The position numbers and the translations under genes are program-made. Positions 1 through 13,501 of a stretch of DNA of 64,000 nucleotides are shown here, one piece after another (within the stretch, counting starts at the first letter, position 1; each line of letters begins with the position of its first letter). The notes beneath the pieces are model-generated. The model was not told the origin of the DNA. It saw only the letters and a program-made list of their open reading frames with translations, and did not search any database. Origin of the DNA: Malacoraja senta (Eukaryota); the NCBI GenBank assembly GCA_038087875.1, contig CM075988.1, forward strand, positions 10,976,001-11,040,000, written 5' to 3'.

Positions 1-2252
1 TCCTGCACCTAGCCTGTCCAATCCCTTAAGAATTTTATATGTTTCCATAAGATCAACTCTCATCCTTCTAAATTCCAGAGAATAGAAGCCCAGTCGACTC
101 ATTCTTTCATCATATGTCTGTCTCGCCATGCCGGGAATTAACCTGGCGAACCTACGCTGCACTCCCTCAATAGCAATAATGTCCCTCTTCAAATTAGGAG
201 ACCAAAATTGCACAGAATACTCCAGGTGCAGTCACACCAGGGGCCTGTACAACTGCAGTAGGCCTCCTTGCTTCTAAACTTAAATCCTCTTGCAATGAAG
301 GCCAACATGCCATTAGCTTTCTTCACTGTCTGTTGTACCTGCATACTTACTTTCAGTGACTGATGTACAAGCACACCCAGGTCTTGGTGCACCTCTACTT
401 TTCCTAATCTGACACCATTCAGATAATAATCTCCCTACCTGTTCTAGCCACCAAAGTGGATAACCTCATGTTTATCCACATTATACTGCATCTGCCCATT
501 CACCCAACCTATCCAAGTCACCCTGCAGCCTCATGGCATTCTTACCGCAGCTCCCACAGCCACCCAGCTTTGTGTCATCCGCAAACTTGGAGATATCACA
601 TTTATTTCCCTTGTCTAAATCGTTAATGTATAATGTAAATAACTGGGGTCCCAGCACCGAGCCTTGTGGCACCCCACTAGTCACTGCCTCCCATTCTGAA
701 GAGGATCAGTTAATTCCTACTCTTTGCTTCCTATCTGCCAACCAGTTCTCTATATATGTCAATACCCTACCCCCAATGCCATGTGCTCTAATTTTGCAAA
801 CTAATCTCTTGAGTGGGAACTTGTCAAAGGCTTTTTTGAAGTCCAGATACACCACATCCACTGGCTCTCCCTTATCCATTCTACTTGGTACATCCTCAAA
901 AAATTCCAGAAGATTAGTCAAGCATGATTTCCCTTCATAAATCCATGCTGACTTTGACCGATCCTGTCACTGCTTTCCAAATGCGCTGCTATAACATCTT
1001 CCCCACTACCGATGTAAGGCTAACTGGTCTATAATTCCCTGTTTTCTCTCTCCCTCCTTTCTTACAAAGTGGAGTTACATTGGCTACCATCCAGTCCACA
1101 GGAACTGATCCAGAGTCGAGAGAACATTGGAAAATGATCACCAATGCATCCACGATTTCTACAGCCACATCCTTGAGTACTGTGGGATGCAGACCAATAG
1201 GCCCTGGTGATATATCTGCCTTCAGTCCCAACTGTTTACCTAACACAATTTCCTGACTAATATGGATTCCCTTCAGTTCCTCCCTCCCACTAGATCCTCG
1301 GTCCCCAAGTATTTCTGGGAGATTGTTTAGGTCTTCCTTAATGAAGACTGAACCAAAGTACTCGTTTAACTGTTCTGCCATTTCCTTGTTTCCCATTCTA
1401 AATTCACCTGTCTCTGATTGTAAGAGATCTACATTTGTCTTAACTAATCTTTTCCTTTTTACATATCTGAACAAGCTTTTAGAGTCAGTTTTTATATTCC
1501 CAGCTCTTTTTTCCCCCTACTAATTAACCCCTTTGTCTTCCTCTGTTGTGTTCTAAATTTCACCCAGTCCTCCGGTTTGCTGCTTCCTCTGGCCAATTTA
1601 TATGCCTTTTCCTTGGATTTAACACTATCCTTGATTTCCCTCATTGACACAGTTGAGCCGCCTTCCCTGTTTTAATTTTTTTTCGCCAGACAGGATTGAA
1701 CAATTTTTGGAGTTCATCCTTTAAATCTTTGCAATTGCATCTCCACTGTCAACCCTTTTAAGTATAATTTGCCAATTATCCTAGCTAATTCCCATCTCAT
1801 ACCTTCAAAGTCTCCTTTCTTTAAGTTCAGGACCCTGGTCTCAGAATTAACTGTGTCACTCTCCATCCTCATGTAGAATTCCACTATATTATGGTAATTG
1901 TTGCCCAAGGGGCTTTGCACAACAAGATCGCTAACTAATCCTTCCTCATTACACAATACCCAGTCTAGGATGGCCTGTGCTTTAGTCAGTTCTTCTACAT
2001 ACTAGTTTTTTTTTAAATCCCGTGTTCATTCCAGGAAATCCTCCTCCTCAGCACTGCTACCAATTTGGTTGGCCCAATCTATATGCAGATTAATGTCACC
2101 CATGGTAACCGCTGTACCTTTGCTACATGCATCCCTAATTTCCTGCTTGATGCTGTCCCCAACCTCCCTACTGCTGCTTGGTGGTTTGTATACAACTCCA
2201 ACAGGCGTTTTCTGCCCATGGTTGTTTCACAGTTCTACCTATACCGATTCGA
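1..2252 (-). mobile_element. Decayed CR1-clade LINE ORF2 (endonuclease C-terminal part, linker and RT), running off the window start
   Basis: Broken minus-strand ORFs give GVPQGSVLGPQLFTLYINDL..KFADD (481-684), VDVVYLDFKKAFDK (706-921) and KTGNYRPVSLTSVVGK (989-1474). An APE-like MGDINLHIDW motif lies near 2070-2105. Multiple stops and frameshifts. Confidence 0.95.
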
Positions 2253-2679
2253 CATTAATATATTTATTCTTCAAGTTTCATGCCATGTGCCTAACTGACC
2301 AATATTATATGCATTCATCGATATTGCATCAGTGGATGTTACAGATACAAAATGGTATAAACTCGCTTTGTATTATTTAGGTAGCTCCAAATTATGCAAT
2401 TTTGTGTCTCCATAAACTTCCGTGTACCACGGTATTGTATTTAAAATATCATCTCATTTCACTTTTTTGAGGGAGCCTTTGAAATTTTTGTCATCTTCCA
2501 CGAGATAGCTATTCCTGTGTTGATCTTTCCACACGCACGATTCCACTTTCTCAATAATCTCTGTTTATGCAACATCACCAAAGGGCATTTGTTTTCTGAG
2601 TTCAACACTTGTCCATTGATGCAAAGGCTTCTGCTAGTTTTCCCTGTTTCCCTTTCTTGGGACTAACACGAAGATTAGA

Positions 2680-3105
2680 TACAGAGAACATAGAACAGTA
2701 CGGCATAGGAAGAGGCCCTTTGGCCCGCAAGGTTCGTGCCGACCAGGATGCCAATTTGAACTAATCTGATCGACCTGTACGTAGCATAGCTTCAAAGTGA
2801 CAGGGGCAAAGATTAGAGGCGATATGTGGAATACGTTTTCTTACACAAAGTGGCGAGTGCCTGGAATGTGCTGCCAGGAGTGGTGGTTGAAGCAGATACG
2901 TTAGTGGCATTTAGTAGACTCTTGGATATATAACAAATGGAGGGATATGGATTTTGTGCAGGCAGATACGAGTTGGTCTTGGCATCAGTCAGCACAGACA
3001 ATTGTGGGACGAAGGGTCCATTCCTGTGCTGAACTGTTACCTGTTCTATCTTTGTGATCCATATGCTTCCATTCCTTGCATATCCATGTATCTATCCAAA
3101 TGCTG
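2680..3105. mobile_element. CR1/HER1 3' tail (minus) interrupted by a plus-strand CR1 3' fragment (~2783-3050)
   Basis: Minus tail begins agaacatagaacagtac..ggccc. The plus fragment contains ttacacaaagtggcgagtgcctggaatgtgctgccagg and ends ..cctgtgctgaactgtt. The minus copy resumes at ~3050. Confidence 0.7.
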
Positions 3106-3548
3106 CCGAGTTGCCAGTGTTTTAATTTTATATTTGTATTCACCCGTAGGCAGGCTGCAGCTACAACTTGTGCTGCATCTGCACAATTAAACCCTTCTGT
3201 GTGTCCGTTGATGCAGATCCTCACACAATTCAGTCTATTAACCTTTCCGTAATTTCTTCAAATTTACATGCCCTGACTATATATATAAAAAGGCCCACTT
3301 CTTGCCTCGCGTTTTGGAATTTTTGACCTTTGAATACAATGATAGAACATGATATTGGATTGAGGTGTGCATTGATTACTTCCAGTTATTACATTTAGCC
3401 TTGCTTATTTCCCAGCTGTTGAGAACAAGGAACACGGGACAGTACAGCACAAGAACAGGCCCTTCAGCCCACACTGTATTCTGTACATTATCCCAAGTTA
3501 GACTAACCCATATGCCTTCATTTCCTGTACATCTCTCTGCCTATCTTT

Positions 3549-3782
3549 AAGTTTAGTTTAGAGATACAGCTTTGGACCACCAAGTCCGCACCCGCCAGCG
3601 ATCCCCGCACACTAACGCTATCCTACACACACTGGAGACAATTTACAATTTTACCAAAGCCAATTAACCTGCAAACCTGTACGTCTTTGGACTGTGGGAG
3701 GAAACCGATGATCTCGGAGAAAACCCACGCAGGTCACGAGGAGAATGTACAAACTCCCAACAGGCAGCACCCATAGTCAAAC
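3549..3782 (-). mobile_element. V-SINE (HE1-like), 5'-truncated
   Basis: gtttagtttagagatacagc tail and V-domain aattaacctgcaaacctgtacgtctttggactgtgggaggaaacc, matching the other copies in the window. Confidence 0.85.
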
Positions 3783-4110
3783 CTATGCTGTTGACGAGCA
3801 TCTTAAACACCACTCTCATATCCACTTTCACATCCAACCCTAGCTGTGCATTTCCAGCACCTACCATCCTCTGTGTAAATAAGAAAACTTGCCCCTGGTG
3901 GAACTTCTCATCTCCTGTCCTGAATGGCTGACAGCTTATTTTAAAACTCTCTCTTTCGATTTAGAACTCCGGCAAGAGGAAGCATCAATTATGTATCTAC
4001 TCTTTCACATCCTGTAAGATTTTCTGAATCGCTCATTATTCTAAATTCAGATTTGCTTACTGAATGCTACCCGCACAACAAACCCATCAATGCAGAAATC
4101 ATTGGGGTGA

Positions 4111-4307
4111 GAAACAAAAGGACACAGTGTTGGGGGAGGTCAGGCAACCTGGAGAACATGGATAAACGATGTTTTGGGTCAGGAACTTGCTCGACTCGCA
4201 ACGTCACCTGTCCATGTCCTTCAGAGATGATGCCTGACCTGCTGAGTTACTTCAGCACTTTGTGTCCTTCTGTGTATTAACCAATATCTGCAGCTCCTTG
4301 TTTCTGC
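4111..4307. mobile_element. Penelope-terminal-repeat-derived hairpin element (old copy)
   Basis: Arms gacacagtgttggg..caggca / tgcctgacctgctgagttacttcagcactttgtgtc. Degenerate flanking repeat aatcattggggtga / aatcagtcaggtga. Confidence 0.7.
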
Positions 4308-4919
4308 AATCAGTCAGGTGAACCTTTGCTGCACTTGTGCTGCTGCAAGATCTCTGAGACAGAGGGGTCACACTCGCACACTATAATCCATGTGCTGTCT
4401 CTACCACCCTCAATCTTTCCAGTCTTGTACTCAAATCCTCTTGTATGCAAGGAAGAAAATTAGGAAGGCAAATGAACCTGCCCCTTGGACCTATTTTATA
4501 TGCTTCATGATGTACTGATTCTTTAGCCTTCATGCCTTGTGGTGCTGAGTGATACATTGTGTATTCATTACAATGATTATAGAGCATAAATGAGTGATAC
4601 AGTACACTAAGTACAATGTAATGTACTTAGGCCGACAATACTCAATCTTACCACAACATAACACAATAATATAACTAACTCAAACCTATTATCTGTTGGG
4701 ATGCTTCCAACTCTGAGAGCAAGTATATTATGCCGACGTTGCAGCAGTTCCTTATCTTCCACTCTACCCAAATTCAGAATAGTGACAGGCTAAAGGCAAT
4801 GAGGTCATCTGTTCCACAAATGGCAGATGCTCGTTATTCCAAAATGAAATTTTAGCCACGTCCAGGAACACATCTATTGAAATCATTTGCAGGTGACGCC
4901 TCATTTCAGCACTTGGACT

Positions 4920-5278
4920 ATAAGACCAGAAGATGTAGAGGCAGAATTAGGCCATTTGGCCCATCGAGTCACTTCTGTCATTCAATCATTGCTAATCATT
5001 TTTTTCCCCTCACAATCTCATTCTCCTACCTTCTCTCCATAACCTTTGACGCCCTTTCTGATCAAGAATCTGACAATCTCTGCTTTTGAAAACACCCATT
5101 GACTTGGCTTCCACAGCAGTCTGTGGCAATAAATTCCACAGAGACATTGCCCTCGAGCTAAAGAAATTCCTCCTCCTCTCCAATCTAAAGGCATGTCCTT
5201 TTATTTTGAGGCTGTTCCCTTTGGTCCTAGACTCTCCCACTACTGCAAACATCCTCTCCACATCCACTCTATCCGGGC
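4920..5278 (-). mobile_element. CR1 3' fragment
   Basis: ORF 5010-5315 reads DRVDVERMFAVVGESRTKG..RRNFFSSRAMSLWNLLPQ, the CR1 ORF2 C-terminus, followed by the 3' UTR. Confidence 0.9.
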
Positions 5279-5814
5279 CAATGGAGGCCATTGATTGGAT
5301 TGGCAGACTGTGCACATGAATATGACACCTCTCATGTCATGTAACAGAGACGAGAAGCTTCATCGAACTGCTGTTGAAGTGTAGACCTCGCCTCTCCGTA
5401 GTTTTTCTTAACTCTCAAAATTTGTTTCATCTAAGTTATAGGTGCCAGAATAAGGTCATCAATGCTCCAATGCTGTAGTGGCTCTCATGGGACAGGAGAA
5501 TTCTGTGTGCTGCTTGAAATAGAGTTGTCACTTTGGTGATGCGAGTGACTGCTTTAGACATGCTAGTGATATTTGACAAATGTATCAAGCAGCCCTGACA
5601 AAAAAGATCAGTGGGCCTCGAAGGGAAAAATGATTCATCCCTTGCACCACCCACTGAGTATTGCCCCTTTGATCCTTTTAAATCTTTCTACTCACTTTAA
5701 ACTCACTTTGACTTCCCTACCTTGCAGAAATGACTGTGGCTCTACACTTTACCTATGCCTCTCATGGTTTTATAAACCTCCTAGAAGGACATCCTTCATC
5801 AACCTTAATACTGT

Positions 5815-6610
5815 AGGACTGACGAACATGCTGGAAACACTTGGCAGGTCAGGCAGCATCTGCGGAAAGAGACGATCGATGTTTTGAGGTTGAAGATCCT
5901 TGTTAGAACCAGGAAAGAGATAAGTCATTTTTTTAAGATGCAGGGATGGTGGGGAAGTTTAAATGGGAACAGAGTGCAGCTGTGATGAGCAGTTGAATGT
6001 ATCCAGTTGATAGGTGAATGAGTACAGTGAGAGATAATACAAACCAAGGAACAAAAATAGCTGAGAATAGAGGGCAGTAAGAAGGAGAGAGGTAAGAAAG
6101 AATAAATAAATGCAAAAACAATAAAATACAGAGCTATGGGAGGTGCCCAGTAGTTAATTGAAAGAGTAATACTGGACAAGTGGATGAATTGCAGCAGAAC
6201 TGACCATTCCGATACAGAGAAAAAGAATTGCCTGAATATCTTAAATTTAATGGAAGCTGGAAAATTTCAGACAGAAGGTGAGGCGATGTTCCTCAAGTTG
6301 GACTTTGTCAGAATAAATGAGATCACAGACTGGTTGGAATGGGACTATGATGGAGAATAATGTGGTGGGCAACAGGGAATTTGGGACAGCCCTGGTGGAT
6401 GGAATGTAGGTCACCCAAGGTCTCCAAAATGATCACTTAATATGTTTGATTTCTTCAGCATGAAAGAGCACCAAATGTGGTTGTGAACACGAACTTGAAG
6501 CATCAAGTGTGACACAGCCTCACTGAGGTGGTGGGGAATCAGTGGGTAAAAGGACTGGTGTTGCACGTCCTGAAGATGCATGGGGAAAGTACTATCAGTA
6601 TGTGGAATGA
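5815..6610 (-). mobile_element. Old, decayed Penelope-like element fragment
   Basis: Terminal-repeat motif atgctggaaacacttggcaggtcaggcagcatctg, then a purine-rich spacer, then weak similarity to the GIY-YIG region of the 13441 element (gttcctcaagtt.., tgttgcacgtcctgaagatgcatggggaaagtac). Confidence 0.6.
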
Positions 6611-6663
6611 TTGGTACAGATGGTAAGAGAGACCAGGGAATCAACTGATTCGCATCAGCAAGT

Positions 6664-6925
6664 GTGGCACAGTGGTGCAGCGGTAGAGCTGCTGCTTTAC
6701 AGTGCCAGTGACCCAGGTTCGATCCTGACGACGGGAGCTGCCTGTATCGAATTTGCATCCGCGTGGGTTTTCTCTGGATGCTCCGGTTTCCTTCTAAACT
6801 CCAAAGACGTCGAGGTTTGTAGGTTAATTGGCTTCTGTAAAATTGTAAATTGTCCCTAACGTGTCGAATAGTGTTAGTATATGGGGTGATCAACTAGCCC
6901 ATGCAGATTCGGTGGGTCGAAGTCT
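6664..6925 (+). mobile_element. V-SINE (HE1-like) with tRNA-derived head
   Basis: Pol III A box TGGTGCAGCGG (6673-6683) and B box GGTTCGATCC (6716-6725), followed by the V-domain. Confidence 0.9.
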
Positions 6926-7529
6926 AAATATCATCTTTCTTTCCCAGTGTTATGAAAGATCTTCAATCTTAAACACTATTTGTTTTCTTTCCACGGGTGC
7001 TGCCTGACTTGCTGAGCGTTTCCTGCATTTTCAATTTCCATTTCGGATGTCCAGCTCTGCATGTTTTATTTAATTGAAATACTGGAAGACAAACCCATCC
7101 AATAAGCAAAAAAAGACACAAAGTGCTGGAGTAACTCAACCGGACGGGCAACATCTCTGGAACATGCTGCCTGACCAGTTGAGTTACTCCATTACATTTT
7201 GTGTTTTTTCCAAACCAGCATCTGCAGTTCCTTTGGTTTGTTTATTTTCTCCCACAAACTGATTCACAATTTTATTTTTTGGTTTCTGTTACCTATAGTT
7301 TAAAACACATCTTTAAATAGTGCCTTTGCATCTGTGCTTTGAGAAATAAATAGAATGATCACAAGGGCAAAGGGAGCACAACCAATTTATTTCCAAGTTT
7401 ATGAGAACTTACGTTGGGTTGCTAATTTTGGACTCCATTGAAGAGTTGTGTTCTTCAAGGACATGGATGCAACTTCTCAAACTGACACAACTAGTTGGTT
7501 CCTACATTTTGTTCCTGAGGAACAGTGCT

Positions 7530-8200
7530 CTGCAGACATAATGTAGTTAGTGGAGCTGCTGTCTCACAGTTCCATTGATCTTGCTTTAATCCTGGCTTCT
7601 GCTGCTGTCTGTCTGGAGCTTGCTGCTTCCCCGTGACCACGTGGGTTTCCTCCAGGTGCTCCGGTTTCCTTGACATCACAATGATGTGCAAGATGGATGA
7701 TTAATTGGCCTCTGTAAATTGCCCCATTGTGTGTTGGTGAGTGGCAGAATCTGCAGGAGAACTGATGGCAATGTGGGTGAGAATTAAATAAGACGGCACA
7801 GTGATGCAGCAGTTGAGTTGTTGCCTTAAAGCACCAGAGGCCCGGGTTCGATCCTGGCTACGGGTGCTGTCTGTACGGGGTTTGTAGGTTCTCCCCGTGA
7901 CCTGCCTGGGCTTTCTCCGAGAACTTCTCACACTCCAAAGACGTACAGGTTTGTAAGTTAATTGGCTTGGTATAAATGTAAAAATTGTCCCTGGTGTAGT
8001 GGACAATGTTAATGTGCGGGGTTTGCTGGTCGGTGCAGACTCAGTGGGCTGAAGGGCCTTTTTCCGCGCTGTATCGTTAAACTAAAAATCCAATAAAATA
8101 GGCAATGGTAGGATTACGGTCAAAGTAGATGCTTGATGATCATTGCAGACTCGGTGGGACAAAAGGACCATTTCCATGCTGTCTCTCTCGATGTCTCCAT
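7530..8200 (+). mobile_element. Older V-SINE with a younger full-length V-SINE (~7793-8085) nested in it
   Basis: Two V-domains. The inner copy has ggttcgatcc and a taaactaaa tail. The outer tail gactcggtgggacaaaaggaccatttccatgctgt resumes at ~8145. Confidence 0.8.
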
Positions 8201-8734
8201 GCAAGTGGGTGAGAGGGATCAATAATTATCATGGTTGATGTGCTCTGACATACTTAACTATTCAGGTGGACTGAGAAGGAACTGAAGACTTTTCACAAGT
8301 GTAGTGCTTTTCACATTGCCTATTTTGCAGAAGGCAATTTCAGTGGTTTATTTATCATCATGTGTTTCCAGTACAGTGAAATACTTCTCCTGCATACAAC
8401 TCAGCAAGACCACCCCCACATGTGAACACAATCCCACGGTTAGAACAGAATGTACCGAACAACCCACTGAGTCTGCATGCAAGAGTTGCCATTTTGGCGA
8501 CATTTTACAGACCCAGGTACGGCTGGCTACAAAGGCCTCTTGCAGCCGTCGCCACCTTTCCAGTCATGCTGTGAACTGTTGTCCCCTCTTTGCACGGGCC
8601 TCTTCAGCCCTTGTACCCCAGGGGGCACCTCCCACAGCCAACCTTGAGGGCTCAGAAGCTGAGACACCCTCCGGCTCGTCTTACCAGGGCTCACCCCATT
8701 TTAACACCACCTCTCTGAACTGCATCAGATTCAA

Positions 8735-9005
8735 AAGGTAAAAGTTCTGCACAGGAAAATGTTCCACAAATCCAAGAGGCAGATGATCTAAATAAGGATT
8801 TTATTTGTGATGCATGAGGGATTACTGTTGGCCAGGTGATCATAAACGTCTCCAATGCTTTATTGATTTGGAGGGAAAAAAAGTAAGTTGACATCTTATC
8901 GACATGAAGGTAGTATGGCACTATTTCGATACTGTGCACAGGTGTCATCTAAATGAGTTGAGTGGGAGCCCTTCTATAGGGAATGATAACAAATGAGGTG
9001 AGCCT
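8735..9005 (-). mobile_element. Decayed Deu-domain SINE (SacSINE1/AmnSINE1-like)
   Basis: gagggattactgttggccagg and gcactatttcgatactgtgcacaggtgtca resemble the reverse complement of the Deu-SINE body as I recall it. Highly diverged. Confidence 0.4.
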
Positions 9006-9619
9006 CACTCCTTGATAAAATGCAAAGGAGAAATGTACGGGAGCACAGGGCAGTGTTGATTCACTAAGGTTTGATTGGGGCTCACAGTGCACCAGCAATT
9101 AAAACAATGTCTTGGAGAGCAGGCACGTAAACGGGTCAGAATTCACTAGCAAAATAATATCGGCTAATTGGGCACATTGCTATTATTGCACATAAAAATA
9201 AACTTGACATGTTGCAGTGAGGAAGAGATGCCCTGCAAATTGTGAAACACTACAAAATGTTGGGTGCCTCACAGCGAGCTTCACCTTTTACCCTCCTGCG
9301 AATGGAAAAGAATTGGATGATATCCACAGCAAGTATAAATCAGTCAGAAATTCATGACACGAGCACTGTTATAATATTCCAGCAATGCCAGTCATCCTTG
9401 GGGACAATACCAAAGGAATTGTCAGGATTCTGAACCTTGCAGATTTTTATGTGTTGCAGCATTTTTTGTTGGGCTTTAAAATTCTTCACTTTTTTTTCCC
9501 TCTGAAAACAATCGGTGGGTTTTGCAGTTGGTAGTAAATTTTTGTGTCCGGGTTGGCCTGTTTCCGTCTGCTCTGTTTCTTCCTTAATCCTGGCTTCTCA
9601 TTTAACAAGCGAGAAGTCT

Positions 9620-10075
9620 TGAGCACCACACAGAGTGCTGCAGTAACTCGGGGACTGTCTGCAGAGGGCATGGAGTGATGTTTCCATTGGGACTCTTCAG
9701 ATTGATTGCAGTTGCAGGGGGGGGGGAGGAAAGGAAAGCTTGAAAAGGACCGGGAGTGGGACACAGCCCAGCAAGTAATAGATGGATACAGGTTGGGGGG
9801 GGGGGGGGGAGGGTAAAGAGATCTGTTTGATTAGCAAGTGCTTGGGCAAAATGCTAGAGATCAAAAAAAGGCAAAAGGATGTTGGATAAGGAGAGAAAAG
9901 GAGTGAACTGTAAAGCCAGAGATAGGGATATTGGTAGAAGGAGATAGGGGGGAAAATTGCTTCAAAGTGGGGTGGAGTGGAAGGGAACAGGGGCAGAAAT
10001 TGTTATACACTGGGGTGGAATGGGGAGCACAGGAAAGAAACTAGAAGGAGGTGGACAATTCAATCTTCATAATAG
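9620..10075 (-). mobile_element. Penelope-like 3' terminal fragment
   Basis: acacagagtgctgcagtaactc..tgtttcc..ctcttcaga terminal repeat followed by the G/A-rich spacer seen downstream of the PLE ORFs. Confidence 0.6.
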
Positions 10076-10256
10076 AAGTCTTGGTGTGTTGGTTCGTGCC
10101 TTGATCTGACTTCTAATTTTGTTGTGTCAGACAAGATGCCCATTAGGTTTCCCCATACTTCTACCAATCGGGCACAATTATCCCCATTTATCTTTGAGCC
10201 TTTCGGTCTCTGACCTGAATCACCATTGCATCAAATCCCAGAACCTTCCACCTGGT

Positions 10257-10790
10257 AACATAGAAACATAGAAACATAGAAAATAGGTGCAGGAGTAGGC
10301 CATTCGGCCCTTCGAGCCTGCACCGCCATTTGATATGATCATGGCTGATCATCCAACTCAGTATCCCATCCCTGCCTTCTCTCCATACCCCCTGATCCCT
10401 TTAGCCACAAGGGCCACATCTAACTCCCTCTTAAATATAGCCAATGAACTGGCCTCAACTACCTTCTGTGGCAGAGAATTCCAGAGATTCACCACTCTCT
10501 GTGTAAAAAATGATTTCCTCATCTCGGTCCTAAAAGTCTTCCCTCTTAAACTGTGACCCCTAGTTCTGGACTTCCCCAACATCGGGAATAGTCTTCCTGC
10601 ATCTAGCCTATCCAACCCCTTAAGAATTTTGTAAGTTTCTATAAGATCCCCCTCAGTCTTCTGAATTCCAACATGTACAAGCCAAGTCTATCCAGTCTTT
10701 CCTCATGTGAAAGTCCTGCCATCCCAGGAATCAGTCTGGTGAACCTTCTCTGTACTCCCTCTATGGCAAGAATGTCTTTCCCCAGATTCC
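10257..10790 (-). mobile_element. Young CR1 3' fragment, same subfamily as 43509-45207
   Basis: (catagaaa)n tail. ORF 10358-10615 ends FFTQRVVNLWNSLPQKVVEASSLAIFKRELDVALVAKGIRGYGEKAG. Near-identical to 43509-44045. Confidence 0.95.
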
Positions 10791-11297
10791 TCCATGAGTT
10801 TCCCTTAAACATGTGAGCTGCCTCAGTTTAAGAAAATGCCTATTAAATGAAGTGTATTCTCATGTAAAAATGGCTGGGAACTTAATAGTGACCTTGCTTC
10901 TTGGTGTCCCTATAACTTGGAAATTGTTTTTTAAACTTGAGTGTTTTTATTCTAATGATGACAGTGTCAATTTCCAAAGTGCCTGAGATTTTCTTGTCCA
11001 TCATCTATACTTCACTTTTGTAAAACATTGAGGCATATGACACAATTTTGTGTTTCTTTTACAGTTTCTTTTTAGAAGGCATGTCAATCTTGGAACTTGT
11101 CTGAAAATAACCAGTGTGATACAGCTGTGCAGGCTGTAATTTAATTCTTTATTGGCGAGAAGATGTTCACAGAATTATTAAAGGGTAGGAATTGATTTGA
11201 AGGTTTAATCTTGTTCTTAGACCTTTTTTTGCTGATATGCATTTGCATAAAATTGAGTGAGGCCCATTTCACAAGTTCTTGTAAAAAAAAAGCTTCA

Positions 11298-11980
11298 ATA
11301 TTGAGTATCGGCGTTGGGAGGTCATGTTGCAGTTGTATAAGATGTTGGTAAGGCCGCATTTAGAGTTTTGAGTTCAGTTCTGGGCACCATGTTGTTGGGA
11401 AAGATGTTGTCAAGCTGGAAAGATTACAGTGAAGATTTACGAGGATGTTGCAGGGACGAGAGGGTCTGACCTACAGGGAGAGGTTGATTAGGCTGGGTCT
11501 CTATTCCTTGGTGGACAAGGGGATGAGGGGTGATTTTATAGGGGGTGTATAAAATCATGAGAGGAATAGATCGGGTGGATGTACCAGATTAGGTGAATTG
11601 CAGCCCAGAGGATGTAGGTTTAAGGTGAAGGAGAAAAGAATTAATAGGAATCTGAGGAGTAACTTTTTCACACAAAGGGTGGTGGGGGTATGGAACAAGC
11701 TGCAGGAGGAGCTAATTGAGGCAGGGACTACCCCAGCATTTACGAAACAGACAGGTACATGGATAGGACAGGTTTGGAGGGATATGGATCAAACGGGGGC
11801 AGGTGAGGCTAGTGTAGCTGGGACAATCTGAAGAAGGGTTTCGACCTGAAATGTTGCCTATTTCCTTCGCTCCATAGATGCTGCCTTACCCGCTGAGTTT
11901 TTTCTACCAGCAGCTGGGACATGTTGGCCGGTGTGGGCAAGTTGGTTCGAAGGGCCTGTTTCCACACTGTATCACTCTAT
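11298..11980 (+). mobile_element. CR1/HER1-type LINE 3' fragment
   Basis: ORF 11598-11831 reads NLRSNFFTQRVVGVWNKL. Ends in gaagggcctgtttccacactgtatcactctat, the tail shared with the V-SINEs. Confidence 0.9.
11826..11911 (+). mobile_element. 86-bp hammerhead-motif/Penelope-tail insertion inside the CR1 tail
   Basis: Exact 10-bp flanking repeat AGCTGGGACA (11816-11825 / 11912-11921). The insert starts 2 nt before CTGAAGA (11828) and has GAAA at 11848-11851. Confidence 0.85.
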
Positions 11981-13501
11981 AATAAAAAGATATACCTTAT
12001 CAGATTGTTGAAGTTGATATAAAAGTGGACACTACATTTATATACAATGTCAAAACTAAATTGCTGAACAGCATTTTTTCAGGTGTGCTGTTTGTCACTA
12101 TTTTAAAATCTAAAGTTACGAACCTGATTGGTACGACGCTCTCTGAGAAAAAGGTGTTGCAATTTTAGGATGTTTTATTATAATTGACTGATTATAGGCG
12201 CAAGTTTGCAAATATAAGGTTGCAAACTGGAACTTTAACTGCTGGACGCTGAGACACCAATCAGGCATTTGACATTATGCTGGCCCACTTGACCTGCCAT
12301 GAATATATGCGTTTATCACTTCTCATTCTTTTCCCAAATAATATGCATGGGTGAAAGAAAGACTTAAATAGGCAGGCAGTGGGTAGCATTTCTTGTCAGG
12401 TTGATATAATCTCTGCTTTTCCTGTTCCCACAATGCTTTTCTAGGATTTGTTGCTGAAGATTTAAAATGTATGTGAAGAGGATAAACATAGTCCAGCTGC
12501 GACCAGCGTTAGTTAATGTTGAGACTCTGGGTTCGCAAGTAAAAAATTAATTAGCAACATTTCCATGGCTTCTCCCATATTCCCAAAGGTTGGAAAGCTG
12601 CTGACAGTATGGCGGAAAAGATGGATGGTTGGGTTATTTGTGGAGAAGACAATTATTGCAGATTTTAAAAAAATAAACAAAATGCTGGAGTAACTCAGCT
12701 GGTCAGGCAGCATCCCTGGAGAACATGGATATTGCAGATTAAGCATCGTCTAAGCATATCCATTGCTCTAATAATATTTAAGCAGGTTAACTTGGCAAAT
12801 ATTACAGTTTTGAAGTTTATAATCGGCTGACAGGATTGTCATTGCCACCTTTTAGAACAGCTTTCTTCTGGCTATCATTTCACTTTCTAAAAGATAAGAA
12901 TGTAATTAAATTCAACAATTACCTATTTGTTTGCATCTCCCAAAATGATAGATTATCATAAGCCCCACTGTTGGCAGTAAGGAACTCGAGCAATGTAAAT
13001 TGAAGTTATTTTGTCCTTGGTTACCAATATGAAAGTTCGATTTGTTTAGAATAATTAAAAATGCTGAACATTGCTTTGGTTGTTTGATTACATCAGGCAA
13101 TTGAAAGCAGTTTGAAGAAGAGACCTGACCTGAAATGTCATCTATCCATCCCCCCCCACACAGATGCCATCTGACTTGCTGAGTTACTCCAGCACTTTGC
13201 GTCTTGCTCAAGATTCCAGCATCTGCAGTTCCCCATGTCTCAATTGAAGATAATATACTGAGATTTGCAAAGTTCATAGACTAGGTATAAATTCATGTAT
13301 TACACCTGTATGTATGGACAAATGAAGCACTGTAAAAGACAACATTTCAAATGTTCCATCTTTTCTGGAGAAGACTTTGTTCAGGTCGGAAGGACTCGCC
13401 AGTGATCAGGCCTTCCATCCAGATGATCAAATCTCACATGGTACACAAAAATGCTGGAGAAACTCAGCGGGTGCAGCAGCATCTATGGAGCGAAGGAAAT
13501 A

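Noticed and set aside
6664..6735. tRNA gene
   Set aside because: The A/B boxes continue directly into the V-SINE body, so this is a SINE head and not a tRNA gene.
12123..12264. Inverted CCAAT-containing 10-mers (cctgattggt / accaatcagg) as a promoter or MITE
   Set aside because: Too short, with no TSD, CpG island or downstream exon. Compatible with chance.
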